64,000 nt of DNA, from contig JBCCWC010000001.1 in NCBI GenBank assembly GCA_039194325.1, positions 1 to 64,000 of the forward strand, written 5' to 3'. Shown in pieces: positions 1 through 9,987 of the stretch. Within the stretch, counting starts at the first letter, position 1; every line of letters starts with the position of its first letter. The position numbers were made by a program, and so were the translations under genes. A model generated the notes under the pieces. It searched no databases, was not told where the DNA came from, and saw only the letters and a list, made by a program, of their open reading frames with translations. The DNA comes from Myxococcota bacterium. GTDB lineage: Bacteria > Myxococcota_A > Polyangia > Nannocystales > Nannocystaceae.

Positions 1-2343
1 GAGGTGGTCGGGGCCCAGCGCTTTTTCCTTGAGCACCAGCGCTTGTTGAAAGTGAAACCTGGCGCTGTCGTGATCTCCTTGACTCGCGAACATGATGCCC
101 ATGCTGTTCAAGGTCGCGGCCACATCGGGGTGGTCGGGACCTAGCGTGTTCGCGAAGATCGTAAGGGCTCGTTGGTGAGCACGCCTGGCGTCCTCGAAGT
201 CTTCTTGGCTGGCCGAGATCATGCCCAGGTTGTTCAGGACCGCGGCCACCAGGAGATGATCGCGGCCCAACACCTTCTCGAAGAGCGCCAGGGCTCGTTG
301 ATAGTGGCGCTTGGCGTTTTGTAGTTCGCCTTGGACGTGGAATACCGTGCCCAGGCGACTGAGGCTCTGGGCCACTTCGACGAGATCGCCGCTGCGCTGG
401 GCCAGCGGCAGGGCGTCCATCTCGCCCCACTGTTGGCCCGCGTCGTGCCTGGAGAGCCGAACGCCGACCAAGAGGGTCAAGGCCTGGGCCGTATCGAGGG
501 CGAGCTTGTCGTGGTGGAGCTGGACCGCCAGCGCATATGCCTGGCGCAGGTCTTGTTCTGCTTCGGCGTACTGACCGTTCTTTTCTCGTAGGTCCCCGCG
601 CCAGTATTGGGCCTCGGCTCGAAGCGGCAGGTAGCCCAGCGCCTCGGCCTGCTCGCTCACCGATTCGCTCTTGTCGAGGGCCTCGGCGTACCGGCCGGCG
701 ATGGCCATCGCCCAGACTTCGGACAAGCGCACGCGCTGGGCCTCGACCTTGTCCGCCAGGTCCGGGTCCTCGGGCGGAGGAACGCGCCGGTTCTGCTGCT
801 CGAGCCACTGTAGATCGTCGCAGCGGCTGAGCATGGGCAGGTCGATGACGAGCGCGACGGTGTTGGTCACCATCTGGGCATTCGTGTCGGCGAGCACGTC
901 GATCGTGGCTCGTAGCGCGGTGCGGCGCTGTTCGAGGCAGCGCATGCGCAGATCCATGGCACTGTCGGACTGCTCGCCGCGCACGCTGGTGGCCTTGCAG
1001 ATCTCGGTGTGGGTGTCGATCCAGGCGTCCGCATAGGCATCGAGCCGAGGCTCGATCCGCTCCCAGGTGTCCAGGGCAAAGGAGCGCTCGGTGCCGAGGA
1101 TCGCGGCTTGTACCTGCCCACGACGGGCATCGTCCCAGATGCCATTGAGCTGGGCTCGGGCGCCCGTGCAGCGCTGCTGGAAGGCGAGGTAGTGCGGCGC
1201 TGCGACTGCGCCCCCCAGGCCCAAAAGCCCGATCGTGATTCCCAGCCCGACCCACCGCCAGGTGCGGGGCGCCACCAGATGCCGCAGCGCGGTGATCAGC
1301 GCCTCCATCGAGGGCCAACGTTGGTCGGGGTCGGGGGTCAGGCCCCGTAACAGCACGGTGCGTAGCCGAGCCGGTACCGCACTGCCCTTGGGAGCGGGCC
1401 GGACGGTGCCGCGCGTCATCGAGGCCATCAGCCCCATCAGCGTGTTGCCGTTGAAGGGATGCTCGCCGTAGACGGCCTGGTAAAGCGAGACGCAGAAGCT
1501 GAACTGGTCGCTGCGTGCATCGGCCTCACGCCCCTTCATTTGTTCGGGGGGCATGTAGGCGGGCGTACCTAGGATGGCGCCGGTGCGGGTCAGCGGGATA
1601 TCGAACGCAGGGGGGTCGCTCTTTGAGCGCAATCGCTGGAGGGTGCTGGGCTCGTCGTCCTCGCCGTCCTTATCGTCCTTATTGGGGGCCGAGTTGGTCT
1701 CGACCTGTCGCACGAGCCCGAAGTCGAGCACGCGCGGGCGCCCCTCGTCGTCGATGATGGCGTTGCTGGGCTTGAAGTCGCGATGGACCAGGCCCTGCTT
1801 GTGGGCGGCGGCGAGGCCCTGGCCGACCTGGATGAACACCTCGACGCAGGCGCGCCAGCCGGGGGGGGGATCTTGGCGGATCCATGCCTCGAGCGTCTGG
1901 CCTCGAACCAGCTCCATGGCCACGAAGGTTTGGCCGCCTACCGCGTCGGCGTCGAACACCTGGACCACGTTGGGGTGGGAGAGCTTGGCCATGGCCTGGG
2001 CCTCGCGTAGCAGCCGGGCGGTGTGCTTTGGGTCGATCTCCTTGTGCAGCACCTTCACCGCGACGCGACGCTCGAGGGTGCGGTCGAAGGCCTCGAGCAC
2101 CGTACCCATGCCGCCCGCGCCCAAGGTTTTGAGCACTACGTAGCGGCCGAGCCGCTGGGGTTCGGCCGCTACCTGAAACAGGGGATGGGGCGCCTGAGCG
2201 CGGTGCGCCCCCTCGAAGCGGAACTCGGTCCGAGCCCGCGCGGTGTGTCCGTTCCCATCGAGGGACGCCCGGTCGACCGAGAGGGTCGATGCTGCGCCGA
2301 CGTTTTCGTGGTCGTGCTCCTTGGCGCCTCGATCTGCTTGCAT
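1..2343 (-). CDS. Membrane Ser/Thr protein kinase with C-terminal TPR repeats (3' end runs off the window)
   Basis: Absent from the ORF track because there is no stop in the window. Manual translation from ATG 2343 gives LGAGGMG, VAVK, HPNVV, HRDFKPSN, DFG and GTPAYMPPE, then a TM segment and HPDVAATLNSMG-type TPR repeats. Confidence 0.93.
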   Translation of the reverse strand, partial: MQADRGAKEHDHENVGAASTLSVDRASLDGNGHTARARTEFRFEGAHRAQAPHPLFQVAAEPQRLGRYVVLKTLGAGGMGTVLEAFDRTLERRVAVKVLHKEIDPKHTARLLREAQAMAKLSHPNVVQVFDADAVGGQTFVAMELVRGQTLEAWIRQDPPPGWRACVEVFIQVGQGLAAAHKQGLVHRDFKPSNAIIDDEGRPRVLDFGLVRQVETNSAPNKDDKDGEDDEPSTLQRLRSKSDPPAFDIPLTRTGAILGTPAYMPPEQMKGREADARSDQFSFCVSLYQAVYGEHPFNGNTLMGLMASMTRGTVRPAPKGSAVPARLRTVLLRGLTPDPDQRWPSMEALITALRHLVAPRTWRWVGLGITIGLLGLGGAVAAPHYLAFQQRCTGARAQLNGIWDDARRGQVQAAILGTERSFALDTWERIEPRLDAYADAWIDTHTEICKATSVRGEQSDSAMDLRMRCLEQRRTALRATIDVLADTNAQMVTNTVALVIDLPMLSRCDDLQWLEQQNRRVPPPEDPDLADKVEAQRVRLSEVWAMAIAGRYAEALDKSESVSEQAEALGYLPLRAEAQYWRGDLREKNGQYAEAEQDLRQAYALAVQLHHDKLALDTAQALTLLVGVRLSRHDAGQQWGEMDALPLAQRSGDLVEVAQSLSRLGTVFHVQGELQNAKRHYQRALALFEKVLGRDHLLVAAVLNNLGMISASQEDFEDARRAHQRALTIFANTLGPDHPDVAATLNSMGIMFASQGDHDSARFHFQQALVLKEKALGPDHL

Positions 2344-2470
2344 GTCGTTGCCCGAGCGGACACTGATCGTCCGCTCGGACTATATCGGTCGAGCCCCGGC
2401 GGTGCTCGATCCACGCGGTGATATCGCGCGCAAGATCGGCGTGGACCTGCTCCCAGGTCTAGGTCGGCGA

Positions 2471-3742
2471 CTACCCCATCGGGCCTGGTCCGGGCGGCGG
2501 CGGGGCGGGCGGCGGCGGCGGCCCCGGGGGCGGCGGAGGAGTCGGCGGTGTCATCGGTGGCTGGTAGATATAGAGGTCATAGGACGGCCACGGATACCCT
2601 TGGGAGCCCACCGAGCCCACCCCGCCCGGCCCCTTGCGGATATAGAACCCATGGTTGGACTCGACGGGATGGCCATGCCCGACCCCCAGCCCGTGGGTCT
2701 CGGCGGGCTGGCTGCCCATGTTCTCGAGCAGCTGGGCCTCGGTCAGCCCTTCGGCTTCCAGCACGAACTCGCCTCCGAAGCGCGTCGCCGTCTCGGCGTT
2801 GAGCATCTCCAGCTGGGTCTCGAAGTATGCGGGCTCGCTGAAGCCGTAGTTCTCCACCGCATTCGGCGTGCACTCGGGGTCACCCATGCGGCAGCGGAAC
2901 TCGGTGTAGAAGTCGTCGAGACACTCCGGTCCCTCGGGGGCCGGCTCCTCGGTCGCGCGGCATCGGGGGCGCTGTGGGTCCATCTCGACCACGCCCGGGC
3001 GGAAGCGGATGCCGAAGGCCTCGGGCGCCATCATCTCGGGGGGCAGCAGCTCTCCGGCCATCTGCCCGCCCTTGAGCAGGCCGATAAGAGCAAGGGCCTC
3101 GGCGCCCTGCTGGTAGCAGACCTCGGTGCACAGCTCGGGATCGGGGCTGTCGAAGCACGCCTCGTAGCAGTCGAACATGCCGTCCACCTGGTCGACGATG
3201 ATGACGCCCGCGACGAGCTCCGGTGCGATCAGGGCTCCGGCGAGGATCCCGGCGTTGGTCGCGGTGTTCCAGCAGGCGTCGGTGAGCTGGTCGATGGTCT
3301 CGTCGCTGACCGAGCCGTCGCCGAAGCCGTCGCCGGTCACGATGATCGCCCCCGTCTCGACCGAGACGTACACCACCACGCCGGCCCCTGCCGCGCACTC
3401 GAACAGGTCGCCGACCATGCCGCCGATGATGTTGATGGCCCCACCGATGATCTCGCCTTGCGGGCCGTAGGCTTCGTGGATCTCCTGAGCCCCCTCTTGG
3501 GCGCTGACCCCCGCGCTCACGCACTCGGGGTGGGCCTGGTCGAAGCCGGCCACGCAATTGTCCAGCTGGCCCGAGATCGAAGTCCACCAGCCATAAAGGC
3601 CGTCCATACACTCGGAGATCCACTCGTTTTGCATCCGCAAGCACTGGATCTCGGAAGGTCCGCTGGCCTCGGCGGGCGTGGCCGAGATGCCCGAGACCAA
3701 GGCGATGCCGCAGGCCGCGGCGGTGATTTGCAGTCGATTCAT
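2471..3742 (-). CDS. Secreted Cys-containing protein with a papain-fold-toxin-like C-terminal region and poly-Pro tail
   Basis: Likely start MNRLQITAAACGIALVSG (Sec signal ending AEA); typical high-GC codon usage; ends PPTPPPPPGPPPPPAPPPPGPGPMG. The toxin-domain call is inference. Confidence 0.7.
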   Translation of the reverse strand: MNRLQITAAACGIALVSGISATPAEASGPSEIQCLRMQNEWISECMDGLYGWWTSISGQLDNCVAGFDQAHPECVSAGVSAQEGAQEIHEAYGPQGEIIGGAINIIGGMVGDLFECAAGAGVVVYVSVETGAIIVTGDGFGDGSVSDETIDQLTDACWNTATNAGILAGALIAPELVAGVIIVDQVDGMFDCYEACFDSPDPELCTEVCYQQGAEALALIGLLKGGQMAGELLPPEMMAPEAFGIRFRPGVVEMDPQRPRCRATEEPAPEGPECLDDFYTEFRCRMGDPECTPNAVENYGFSEPAYFETQLEMLNAETATRFGGEFVLEAEGLTEAQLLENMGSQPAETHGLGVGHGHPVESNHGFYIRKGPGGVGSVGSQGYPWPSYDLYIYQPPMTPPTPPPPPGPPPPPAPPPPGPGPMG

Positions 3743-3895
3743 GATCGTTGTTCGCTCCGTTGACGCTCGTGCGCCGATGTCTGCCCTGATGTGCAATCGG
3801 CAGACCAACCCGGAGCCCCAGGCATGACGACCTCTCGTTCGAGTGCGATGTCCAAGTTGGGCAAGCGGTCGCGACCAACTCGCCCAACGACTTGC

Positions 3896-6800
3896 TCAAC
3901 GCGCCCAGCTCTGGCCCGCAGTGGCCGTCGCGGCGCTCGATTGCGCGATCGCCAGCCAGGCCTCGGCCTCGACGGGCTCGAACTCGACCGGCGGGGCCTG
4001 GGGGCTGCGGGCTCGGCGTCGGCCCAGGCGGCGCACGTCTTCGGCGATCGCATACAGTGACGGAACCAGCACCAGGGTGATCGAGGTGGCGAAGACCAGG
4101 CCCCAACCCAGGGCCAGGGACATCGGGCTGAGCATGGCGTCGTAGCCTCCCAGGCCGTAGGCGGTGGGCAGCACGCCGCCCAGCGTGGTCAGGGTGGTCA
4201 CCACGATCGGGCGTAGTCGCTGCACCACCGCTTCGACGATGATGTCCCGCGCCGAGGGGGCGCCGTGCTCGGTACTGTCGTGCGCGCTATATTCTGCGTC
4301 GCGCTGGCGCTGCTTGACCGCGTCGATCATCACGATCGAGGCGTTCACCACCACCCCGGACAGGCCGATGATCCCGAGCACGGCGAACATCGACAGCGGC
4401 ATCCCATGGAAGTAAAAGGCGAGGATCACCCCCGCCGCCCCGAAGGGGATCACGCTCACCACGAACAGGGCGTCGAGCAGGCTGCCGAGGATCACCGCGA
4501 TGACCACGACGATCCCGAACACGGCGAGCCCGGCGACGCGCCCCATGTCGCCGACGGTCTCGGCGGTCTCGGTGGCCTCGCCGCCGAGGTAGACCTCCAG
4601 TCCGGGCTGGGACAGGCCGGGCAGCAGCTCGAGCTGGATCCGCTCACCCATGGCCTGGGCGTCGAGCTCCGAGTCGGCGGCGAAGGCCGCGGTCACCGTG
4701 GCGGTGCGCACCCCCTGCCGGTGGTAGATCTGGAACACGGCGGCCACGTCGACCGGCGAGACCACGTCGCGCACGCTGACCAGCGTCCCGTCGCGAGCTC
4801 GCACGGGGGTATCGAGTAGATCGTTCAGATCGACCCGGTGGGCGGGGTCGAACATCACGCGGAACCGGGTGGTCTGCTCGAGCGTGCGGTGCTCGGACAC
4901 GGTCACCCCGTAGAAGGCGGCCTTGAGGGTGAGGGCCAGGGCGCTGGCGTCCAGTCCCCGCATGGCGAGCTTGTCGTGATCGGGCTGTAGCTCGATCTGC
5001 CGGATCCCGGGGCGCTCGTCGATCTCCACGTCGACCACTCCGGAGATCCCTCGTAGCCACCCCGCGATCTGCTTGGCGGTGGAGCGTCGCGTCGTGTCGT
5101 CGTTGGCGGCCACGTGCACGGTGACCGGACGACCCAGCGGCGGCCCCACCTGCTTGGCCTCGAATACCAAGGTGGCGCTGGGGGGCACGTGCAGGCGCTC
5201 GCTTAGGATCTCGGCCCACTGTGCGCTGTCGTACTGGCGCCCCAGGGGCTCGAGCAGCGCGCTGATGACCGCTTCGTTCTGCGCCGAGCCGGTGAGCCGA
5301 TCCACCGCCCCGCCGTCTTGGTGGCCGACGCGAGCGGTCACCGCCGTCAGATCGTCCCCCATCAGCGGGACCAGCTGGCGCTCGATGGCGGTGGCGACGG
5401 CCTCGGTTTGTTCGAGCGGGGTCCCCAGGGGCATGTTGATCTTGATGTAGAGCGCATCGGAGTCGTCCTGGGGAAACAGCTCGAGGCCCATGGTCGGAGC
5501 AATGACGCCGATGATGTAGACGAACACGCCCACGAAGCCGAGGACCACCACGTAGCGTACCCGCAGCACCCGGTGTAGCAGCCGTCGATAGCCTCGCTCG
5601 AGGGCGACCACGAACCGACGCTTGGGTGCGGTGGCGGCCGGTCGCCGCCGACCCCCGGCTGATGGCGTCGCGGGTTGGTGGAGGTGGGCGGGCAGCACGA
5701 AAAATGACTCGAGCAGCGACAGCAGCAGGGCCAGCACCACCACCACCGGCAGGGCCCACGCGAACTTGCCGGGCATGCCGCCGAGCGCCAGCATGGGAGT
5801 GAACGCCAGCGAGGTGGTCAGGGCCGAGGCGATGACGGGGCGAGCCACCGACATCACCCCCCGTACCTCGGGGCGGGGACGCTCGGGGTGTTGCTGGTCT
5901 GGTTGTTCGTCTGGTTGTTCGTCTGCTTGCTGGCTAGCCACGATCCGCTCGGCCACCACGACCGCGTCGTCGACCAACATGCCCAGCACGATGACGAAGC
6001 CGGCCAGGGTGATGAGGTTGAGGGTCAGGCCGACCAGGGGCAGCAGGGCCACCACCCCCAACAGGACCACGGGCACGCCCACCGAGACCCACAGCGCGGC
6101 CTTACGGGTGAGGAATAGCCCGAGGACGATCACCACCAGGACCACGCCGATGATGCCATTGGAGGCCATCAGGCCGAGGCGGTTGCGGGTGACGAAGGAT
6201 TGATCGCCGACGTAGCGGATCTCGACCCCGGCGGGCAGGGGCAGGGCGTCGACCGCCTCGCGTACCGCGTCGACCGTGCCGATGATGTCCGCGTCGGCCT
6301 TCTTGCGCACCACCACCGAGATGCCCGGGCGCCCGTCGGTGTGCACGACCAGGCCGGTATTCTCCACCGTGTGCTCCACATGGGCCACGTCGCCGATCCG
6401 GACGATCCCCCCGTCGGGATCGACCCGCAGGGGGGTGTCGGCCACGTCTTTTGGGTCGACGAAGCGGGCGTCCATCACCACCTGCTTGCGGGCGGCGTTG
6501 GACTCGAGCACCCCGCCCGTTCCCGAGACGTTGCGGCGCTCGATCGCTCCGATGATGTCGTTCAGATCCATGCTGTGGGCGCGGGCGGCCACCGGATCGA
6601 GCAGGATCCGCACCTCGGGATCCGCCACTCCCACCAGGGTCACCTCGGCGACGCCGCCCACCCGGGCCAGGCGGCGCTCGATCTGCTCGGCGGCCTGCTG
6701 CACGGCCTGCGTCGAGCCGCTCAGCGCGATCTCCAGCACGGGCATCTTGGCCGCTTCGACCCGCTCGACCTGGGGGTCGTCTTCCATGTCGTCGGGGAAG

Positions 6801-7162
6801 TCGCGGATCGTGTCGATCGCCTGGCGTAGATCCGACTGCACCTCGCGGATCTGTACGGCGTCGAAGTCGTCGTCGACGTCGACGGTGGTGATCGAGACAT
6901 TGTCGGTCACTACCGAGTGGAACTGGTCGATCCCGTCGACCTCGGCGATCGCCTCCTCGAGGGGGAGGGTGACCTTCGACTCCACGTCGGACGCCGAGGC
7001 GCCGGGCAGGGTCGCGGTGACGATGAGCTGGTTGAGGGTGATCGCGGGAAAGCCCTCCCGCTGGGTGCTCAGGGAGGTGCTGATCCCCACCACCACCACC
7101 ACCGCGACCATCACGTGGACGAGGAAGTGGCGGCGCACGAAGTACTCGACGATGGCTCGCAT
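3896..7162 (-). CDS. RND efflux permease (AcrB/AcrD/AcrF family)
   Basis: Start MRAIVEYF; PGASASDVE, GMLVDDAVVVAE, GVVVNASIVMID and RLRPIVVTTLTT motifs; about 1088 aa. Confidence 0.95.
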   Translation of the reverse strand: MRAIVEYFVRRHFLVHVMVAVVVVVGISTSLSTQREGFPAITLNQLIVTATLPGASASDVESKVTLPLEEAIAEVDGIDQFHSVVTDNVSITTVDVDDDFDAVQIREVQSDLRQAIDTIRDFPDDMEDDPQVERVEAAKMPVLEIALSGSTQAVQQAAEQIERRLARVGGVAEVTLVGVADPEVRILLDPVAARAHSMDLNDIIGAIERRNVSGTGGVLESNAARKQVVMDARFVDPKDVADTPLRVDPDGGIVRIGDVAHVEHTVENTGLVVHTDGRPGISVVVRKKADADIIGTVDAVREAVDALPLPAGVEIRYVGDQSFVTRNRLGLMASNGIIGVVLVVIVLGLFLTRKAALWVSVGVPVVLLGVVALLPLVGLTLNLITLAGFVIVLGMLVDDAVVVAERIVASQQADEQPDEQPDQQHPERPRPEVRGVMSVARPVIASALTTSLAFTPMLALGGMPGKFAWALPVVVVLALLLSLLESFFVLPAHLHQPATPSAGGRRRPAATAPKRRFVVALERGYRRLLHRVLRVRYVVVLGFVGVFVYIIGVIAPTMGLELFPQDDSDALYIKINMPLGTPLEQTEAVATAIERQLVPLMGDDLTAVTARVGHQDGGAVDRLTGSAQNEAVISALLEPLGRQYDSAQWAEILSERLHVPPSATLVFEAKQVGPPLGRPVTVHVAANDDTTRRSTAKQIAGWLRGISGVVDVEIDERPGIRQIELQPDHDKLAMRGLDASALALTLKAAFYGVTVSEHRTLEQTTRFRVMFDPAHRVDLNDLLDTPVRARDGTLVSVRDVVSPVDVAAVFQIYHRQGVRTATVTAAFAADSELDAQAMGERIQLELLPGLSQPGLEVYLGGEATETAETVGDMGRVAGLAVFGIVVVIAVILGSLLDALFVVSVIPFGAAGVILAFYFHGMPLSMFAVLGIIGLSGVVVNASIVMIDAVKQRQRDAEYSAHDSTEHGAPSARDIIVEAVVQRLRPIVVTTLTTLGGVLPTAYGLGGYDAMLSPMSLALGWGLVFATSITLVLVPSLYAIAEDVRRLGRRRARSPQAPPVEFEPVEAEAWLAIAQSSAATATAGQSWAR

Positions 7163-7167
7163 GATCG

Positions 7168-8367
7168 TCAGCCTTGCCCCTTCACTTCGTGGGTCTTTGC
7201 GGGGGTGCCGTCGAGCTCGAGCTCGATACCCTCGGCGAGGGCGAAGATCCCGTCCACCACCACCGAGGCGCCGGCGGTCAGGCCCTCTTGGATCTCGACG
7301 TGCTCGGCGTCGTGCCGGCCCAGCGTGACCGAGCGACGGCGCGCCACCGGGCGTCCGTCCTCGTACTCGACCATCCACACCGTGAACCGTCCTTCGTGGC
7401 GGCTGATCGCGACGCGGGGCACGAGCACCTGCGGCGTGCGCTCGAGGCCGGACAGGTCGATGCGGCCGATCATGCCCTGCCGCAGCGGACGCCCCGGCGG
7501 TTGGTCGAGCCATAGCTCGGCGGGGTAGGTGCCCGAGCGCGGGTCGGCCAGCGGGGAGATGTCCCGGAGCACGGCGGGGACCTCGAGCCCGCCCAGCTCG
7601 TCGAAGCGCACGGTCAGCGAGGGAGCGGTCGCGCTCGAGAGCTCGTGGGCCTCGGCCGCGGTCAGGCCCACCCGGAGGCGCACGCGGGACAGATCCGCCA
7701 GGGTCAGCAGGGGGGCCCCGGGGGTGACGTAGTCGCCGGCTTCGGCGTGGACGGTGACCACGGTGCCCGCGAAGGGTGCCCGAACCTTGGCGTCGGCGAG
7801 GTTGCGGGCCACGAGCTTGCGGTTGATCTGGGCCAGGTCACGGCGCTTGGCCGCCGCGTCGCGGGTGTGCGCGAGCTGATCGTAGTGACTCTGCGCGATG
7901 TCCTGGGCTCGCAGCAGCTGATCGCCGCGTACCAGCTCGCGCTCGGCCAGCTGCAGATCGATGTCGGATGCCTCCTCGTTGGCCCTCGCTTGCTCGAGCT
8001 GTAGCCGAGCGGTGCGCCGGTCGAGCCGGAACAGCGCGGTCCCTCGCTTGGTGGTGGCCCCCTGCTCCACCGAGCGCTCGATCACGCGGCCGGGGACCTC
8101 GGCCGCGATCGTGGCCGACTTGAACGCGTAGAGCTGTCCGGTTGCCATCGCATCGAGGTCGAGCGTGCCGACCGAGGCCTCGGCAGCCCGGACCCGGATC
8201 GCGGGGGGAGCCGCCTCGGCCACGGGCGCGGCCGGTGGGGCGCTCGCCTCCGCCTCGAGCCCGCAGCCGCCGAGCGCGATCCACAGCGCGAGCAAGGAAG
8301 TCGAGGGGCGAAGACGTAGGGAGCGACGGGGGGGCCGATGGGGAGATCGTGGAGTCGGTCGTGCCAC
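7168..8367 (-). CDS. RND periplasmic adaptor (membrane fusion protein), probable lipoprotein
   Basis: IAAEVPGRV and VRAPFAGTV lipoyl half-motifs, coiled hairpin, LGGC lipobox. Start placed at GTG 8367 because ATG 8391 lies inside the sigma54 box. Confidence 0.9.
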   Translation of the reverse strand: MARPTPRSPHRPPRRSLRLRPSTSLLALWIALGGCGLEAEASAPPAAPVAEAAPPAIRVRAAEASVGTLDLDAMATGQLYAFKSATIAAEVPGRVIERSVEQGATTKRGTALFRLDRRTARLQLEQARANEEASDIDLQLAERELVRGDQLLRAQDIAQSHYDQLAHTRDAAAKRRDLAQINRKLVARNLADAKVRAPFAGTVVTVHAEAGDYVTPGAPLLTLADLSRVRLRVGLTAAEAHELSSATAPSLTVRFDELGGLEVPAVLRDISPLADPRSGTYPAELWLDQPPGRPLRQGMIGRIDLSGLERTPQVLVPRVAISRHEGRFTVWMVEYEDGRPVARRRSVTLGRHDAEHVEIQEGLTAGASVVVDGIFALAEGIELELDGTPAKTHEVKGQG

Positions 8368-8379
8368 GGCCCGCAAAAG

Positions 8380-8395
8380 AGCAAGGGGCATGCCA
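8380..8395 (-). promoter_or_regulatory. Sigma54 -24/-12 promoter for the adaptor-permease operon
   Basis: Minus strand reads TGGCATGCCCCTTGCT, an exact GG-N10-GC match with TGGCA and TTGCT. Confidence 0.8.
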
Positions 8396-8447
8396 GGCGC
8401 GAGCACGGGGGATCACGGGGGGTCGGCGAGGCCGAGGACGGCCCGTC

Positions 8448-8494
8448 GTCGGATCGCCGAACACGGGCGAGCGGTCGCTGTCCGGCGATCCGAC
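8448..8494. promoter_or_regulatory. Inverted-repeat enhancer (candidate activator binding sites)
   Basis: GTCGGATCGCCGAACA (8448-8463) and TGTCCGGCGATCCGAC (8479-8494) are 15/16 inverted repeats lying between the two sigma54 boxes. Confidence 0.65.
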
Positions 8495-8568
8495 GGCCTG
8501 GGCCCGACCGCGGCGGCTCCGGGCGGCTCATGGCCCCGAAATCGGGCCGGAGCCGGTGGATCCAAGGC

Positions 8569-8584
8569 TGGCATCGGGTTTGCT
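8569..8584 (+). promoter_or_regulatory. Sigma54 -24/-12 promoter for the TolC-kinase-regulator operon
   Basis: TGGCATCGGGTTTGCT is an exact GG-N10-GC match, ending 15 nt before ATG 8599. Confidence 0.8.
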
Positions 8585-8598
8585 GAAGCGTTGGAGCC

Positions 8599-9987
8599 AT
8601 GACCCCCCTGCTGCTGCTGTCCGCGCTCATGGTCGCTCCTCATTCCACACCGGCTCCGCAGGTTGGCCCGGATGAGGTGGCCGTGGTGGCCGCTCCGAGC
8701 GCGACCGTGCCGACGCTGACCCTCAGCGAGGCTGTCGACGCGTTGGTCGCCCACAACCCCGATCTCGAGGCGGCCGAGGCGGCGATCGATGATGCGGAGG
8801 CGGTGGCTCAGCAGGCGCTGGCGGCGGTCAAGCCGATCCTCGTGGCCACCGGCAACTACACGCGCAACAACGACGATGCCACGATCGATCTCGGCCAAGC
8901 GCTCGGGGGGATCTCGCAGGCGCTGGCTCAGGCCACGGGGCAGCCGCTGGCGATCGACTCACCGGGGGAGACGATCATCCAGCCGCTGCAGAGTCTCAGC
9001 GCGTCGGGGCAGCTGCAGGTCCCGCTGTTTGCTGCGCATGCCTACTGGGACATTCGCGCGGCGCGGGCGTCTGTGCGAGCGCGACGAGGATCCCATCAGG
9101 CGCGGCTGGTCCAGCTGCGAGGGGCGCTGACCCAGGCGGCTTGGCTTACTGGGGCGGCCGAGGCGATGGTCGCCGTCGCCCAGCACGCGGTCGACAACGC
9201 CGAGGCGCACTGGCAGACGTCGCAGCGCTTGTTCGGGGCCGGCCAGGCCACGCGCCTCAGCGTCGACCAGGCCCAGCTGCAGGTGGTGCGTCGCCAGTCC
9301 GATCTAGCCCAGGCTCGCTCGGAGCTCGGGCGCGCCCGGCTCTCACTGGGCGTGATGTTGGGGCGCGACACCCCGGTGCGGATCGATCTGGCCTCCGCGA
9401 GGATCCCCGATCCTACCCCCGCCGATCTCGACCGAGCCGTGGACGAAGCGGTGGCCCGACGGGCCGAGCTACGCGCGAACCGGGCTGATCAGGTGGCGGC
9501 GCGAGAGCGGATCCGATCGGCGAGGATGCGGCTTTTGCCCACGCTGACGGGCACGGCCGTGGCCAGCACGTCGACGGTGGCGTACCCCACGGGGCTCAAC
9601 TATGCGTGGCAGGTGGGCCTGAACCTGCGCTGGACGATCTACGACGGTGGTGTCCGTCGGGCGACGCGACGCCGGGCCGAGGCGGGCTTGCGGCAGGCAC
9701 GGGCCGAGCAGCGGCGGCTCGAGCTGCAGATCGGCCAGCAGGTGCGTGATGCTACCCGCCAGCTCGCGCTGGCCCGCGATCGCTTCACGCTCGCCGAGCA
9801 GGAGGTGGCGCTCGCCACCCAGGCGGCTGCCTCCGCCGAGCGGAGCTTTGCCCAGGGTCAGGCCCAGTCGCTGGACGTGCTCGATGCCCTCGATGCGTCG
9901 TTCCAGGCCGAGCTGCGCCGCGAGCAGGCCCGCGCCCAGCTGGCCGCGGCCGCAGCCGAGCTTCGAACGGCGCAGGGGTTGATGTGA
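8599..9987 (+). CDS. TolC-family outer membrane efflux protein
   Basis: Signal peptide, LTLSEAV..HNPDL start, two OEP-like repeats, WTIYDGG motif; adjacent to RND and adaptor genes. Confidence 0.92.
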   Translation: MTPLLLLSALMVAPHSTPAPQVGPDEVAVVAAPSATVPTLTLSEAVDALVAHNPDLEAAEAAIDDAEAVAQQALAAVKPILVATGNYTRNNDDATIDLGQALGGISQALAQATGQPLAIDSPGETIIQPLQSLSASGQLQVPLFAAHAYWDIRAARASVRARRGSHQARLVQLRGALTQAAWLTGAAEAMVAVAQHAVDNAEAHWQTSQRLFGAGQATRLSVDQAQLQVVRRQSDLAQARSELGRARLSLGVMLGRDTPVRIDLASARIPDPTPADLDRAVDEAVARRAELRANRADQVAARERIRSARMRLLPTLTGTAVASTSTVAYPTGLNYAWQVGLNLRWTIYDGGVRRATRRRAEAGLRQARAEQRRLELQIGQQVRDATRQLALARDRFTLAEQEVALATQAAASAERSFAQGQAQSLDVLDALDASFQAELRREQARAQLAAAAAELRTAQGLM

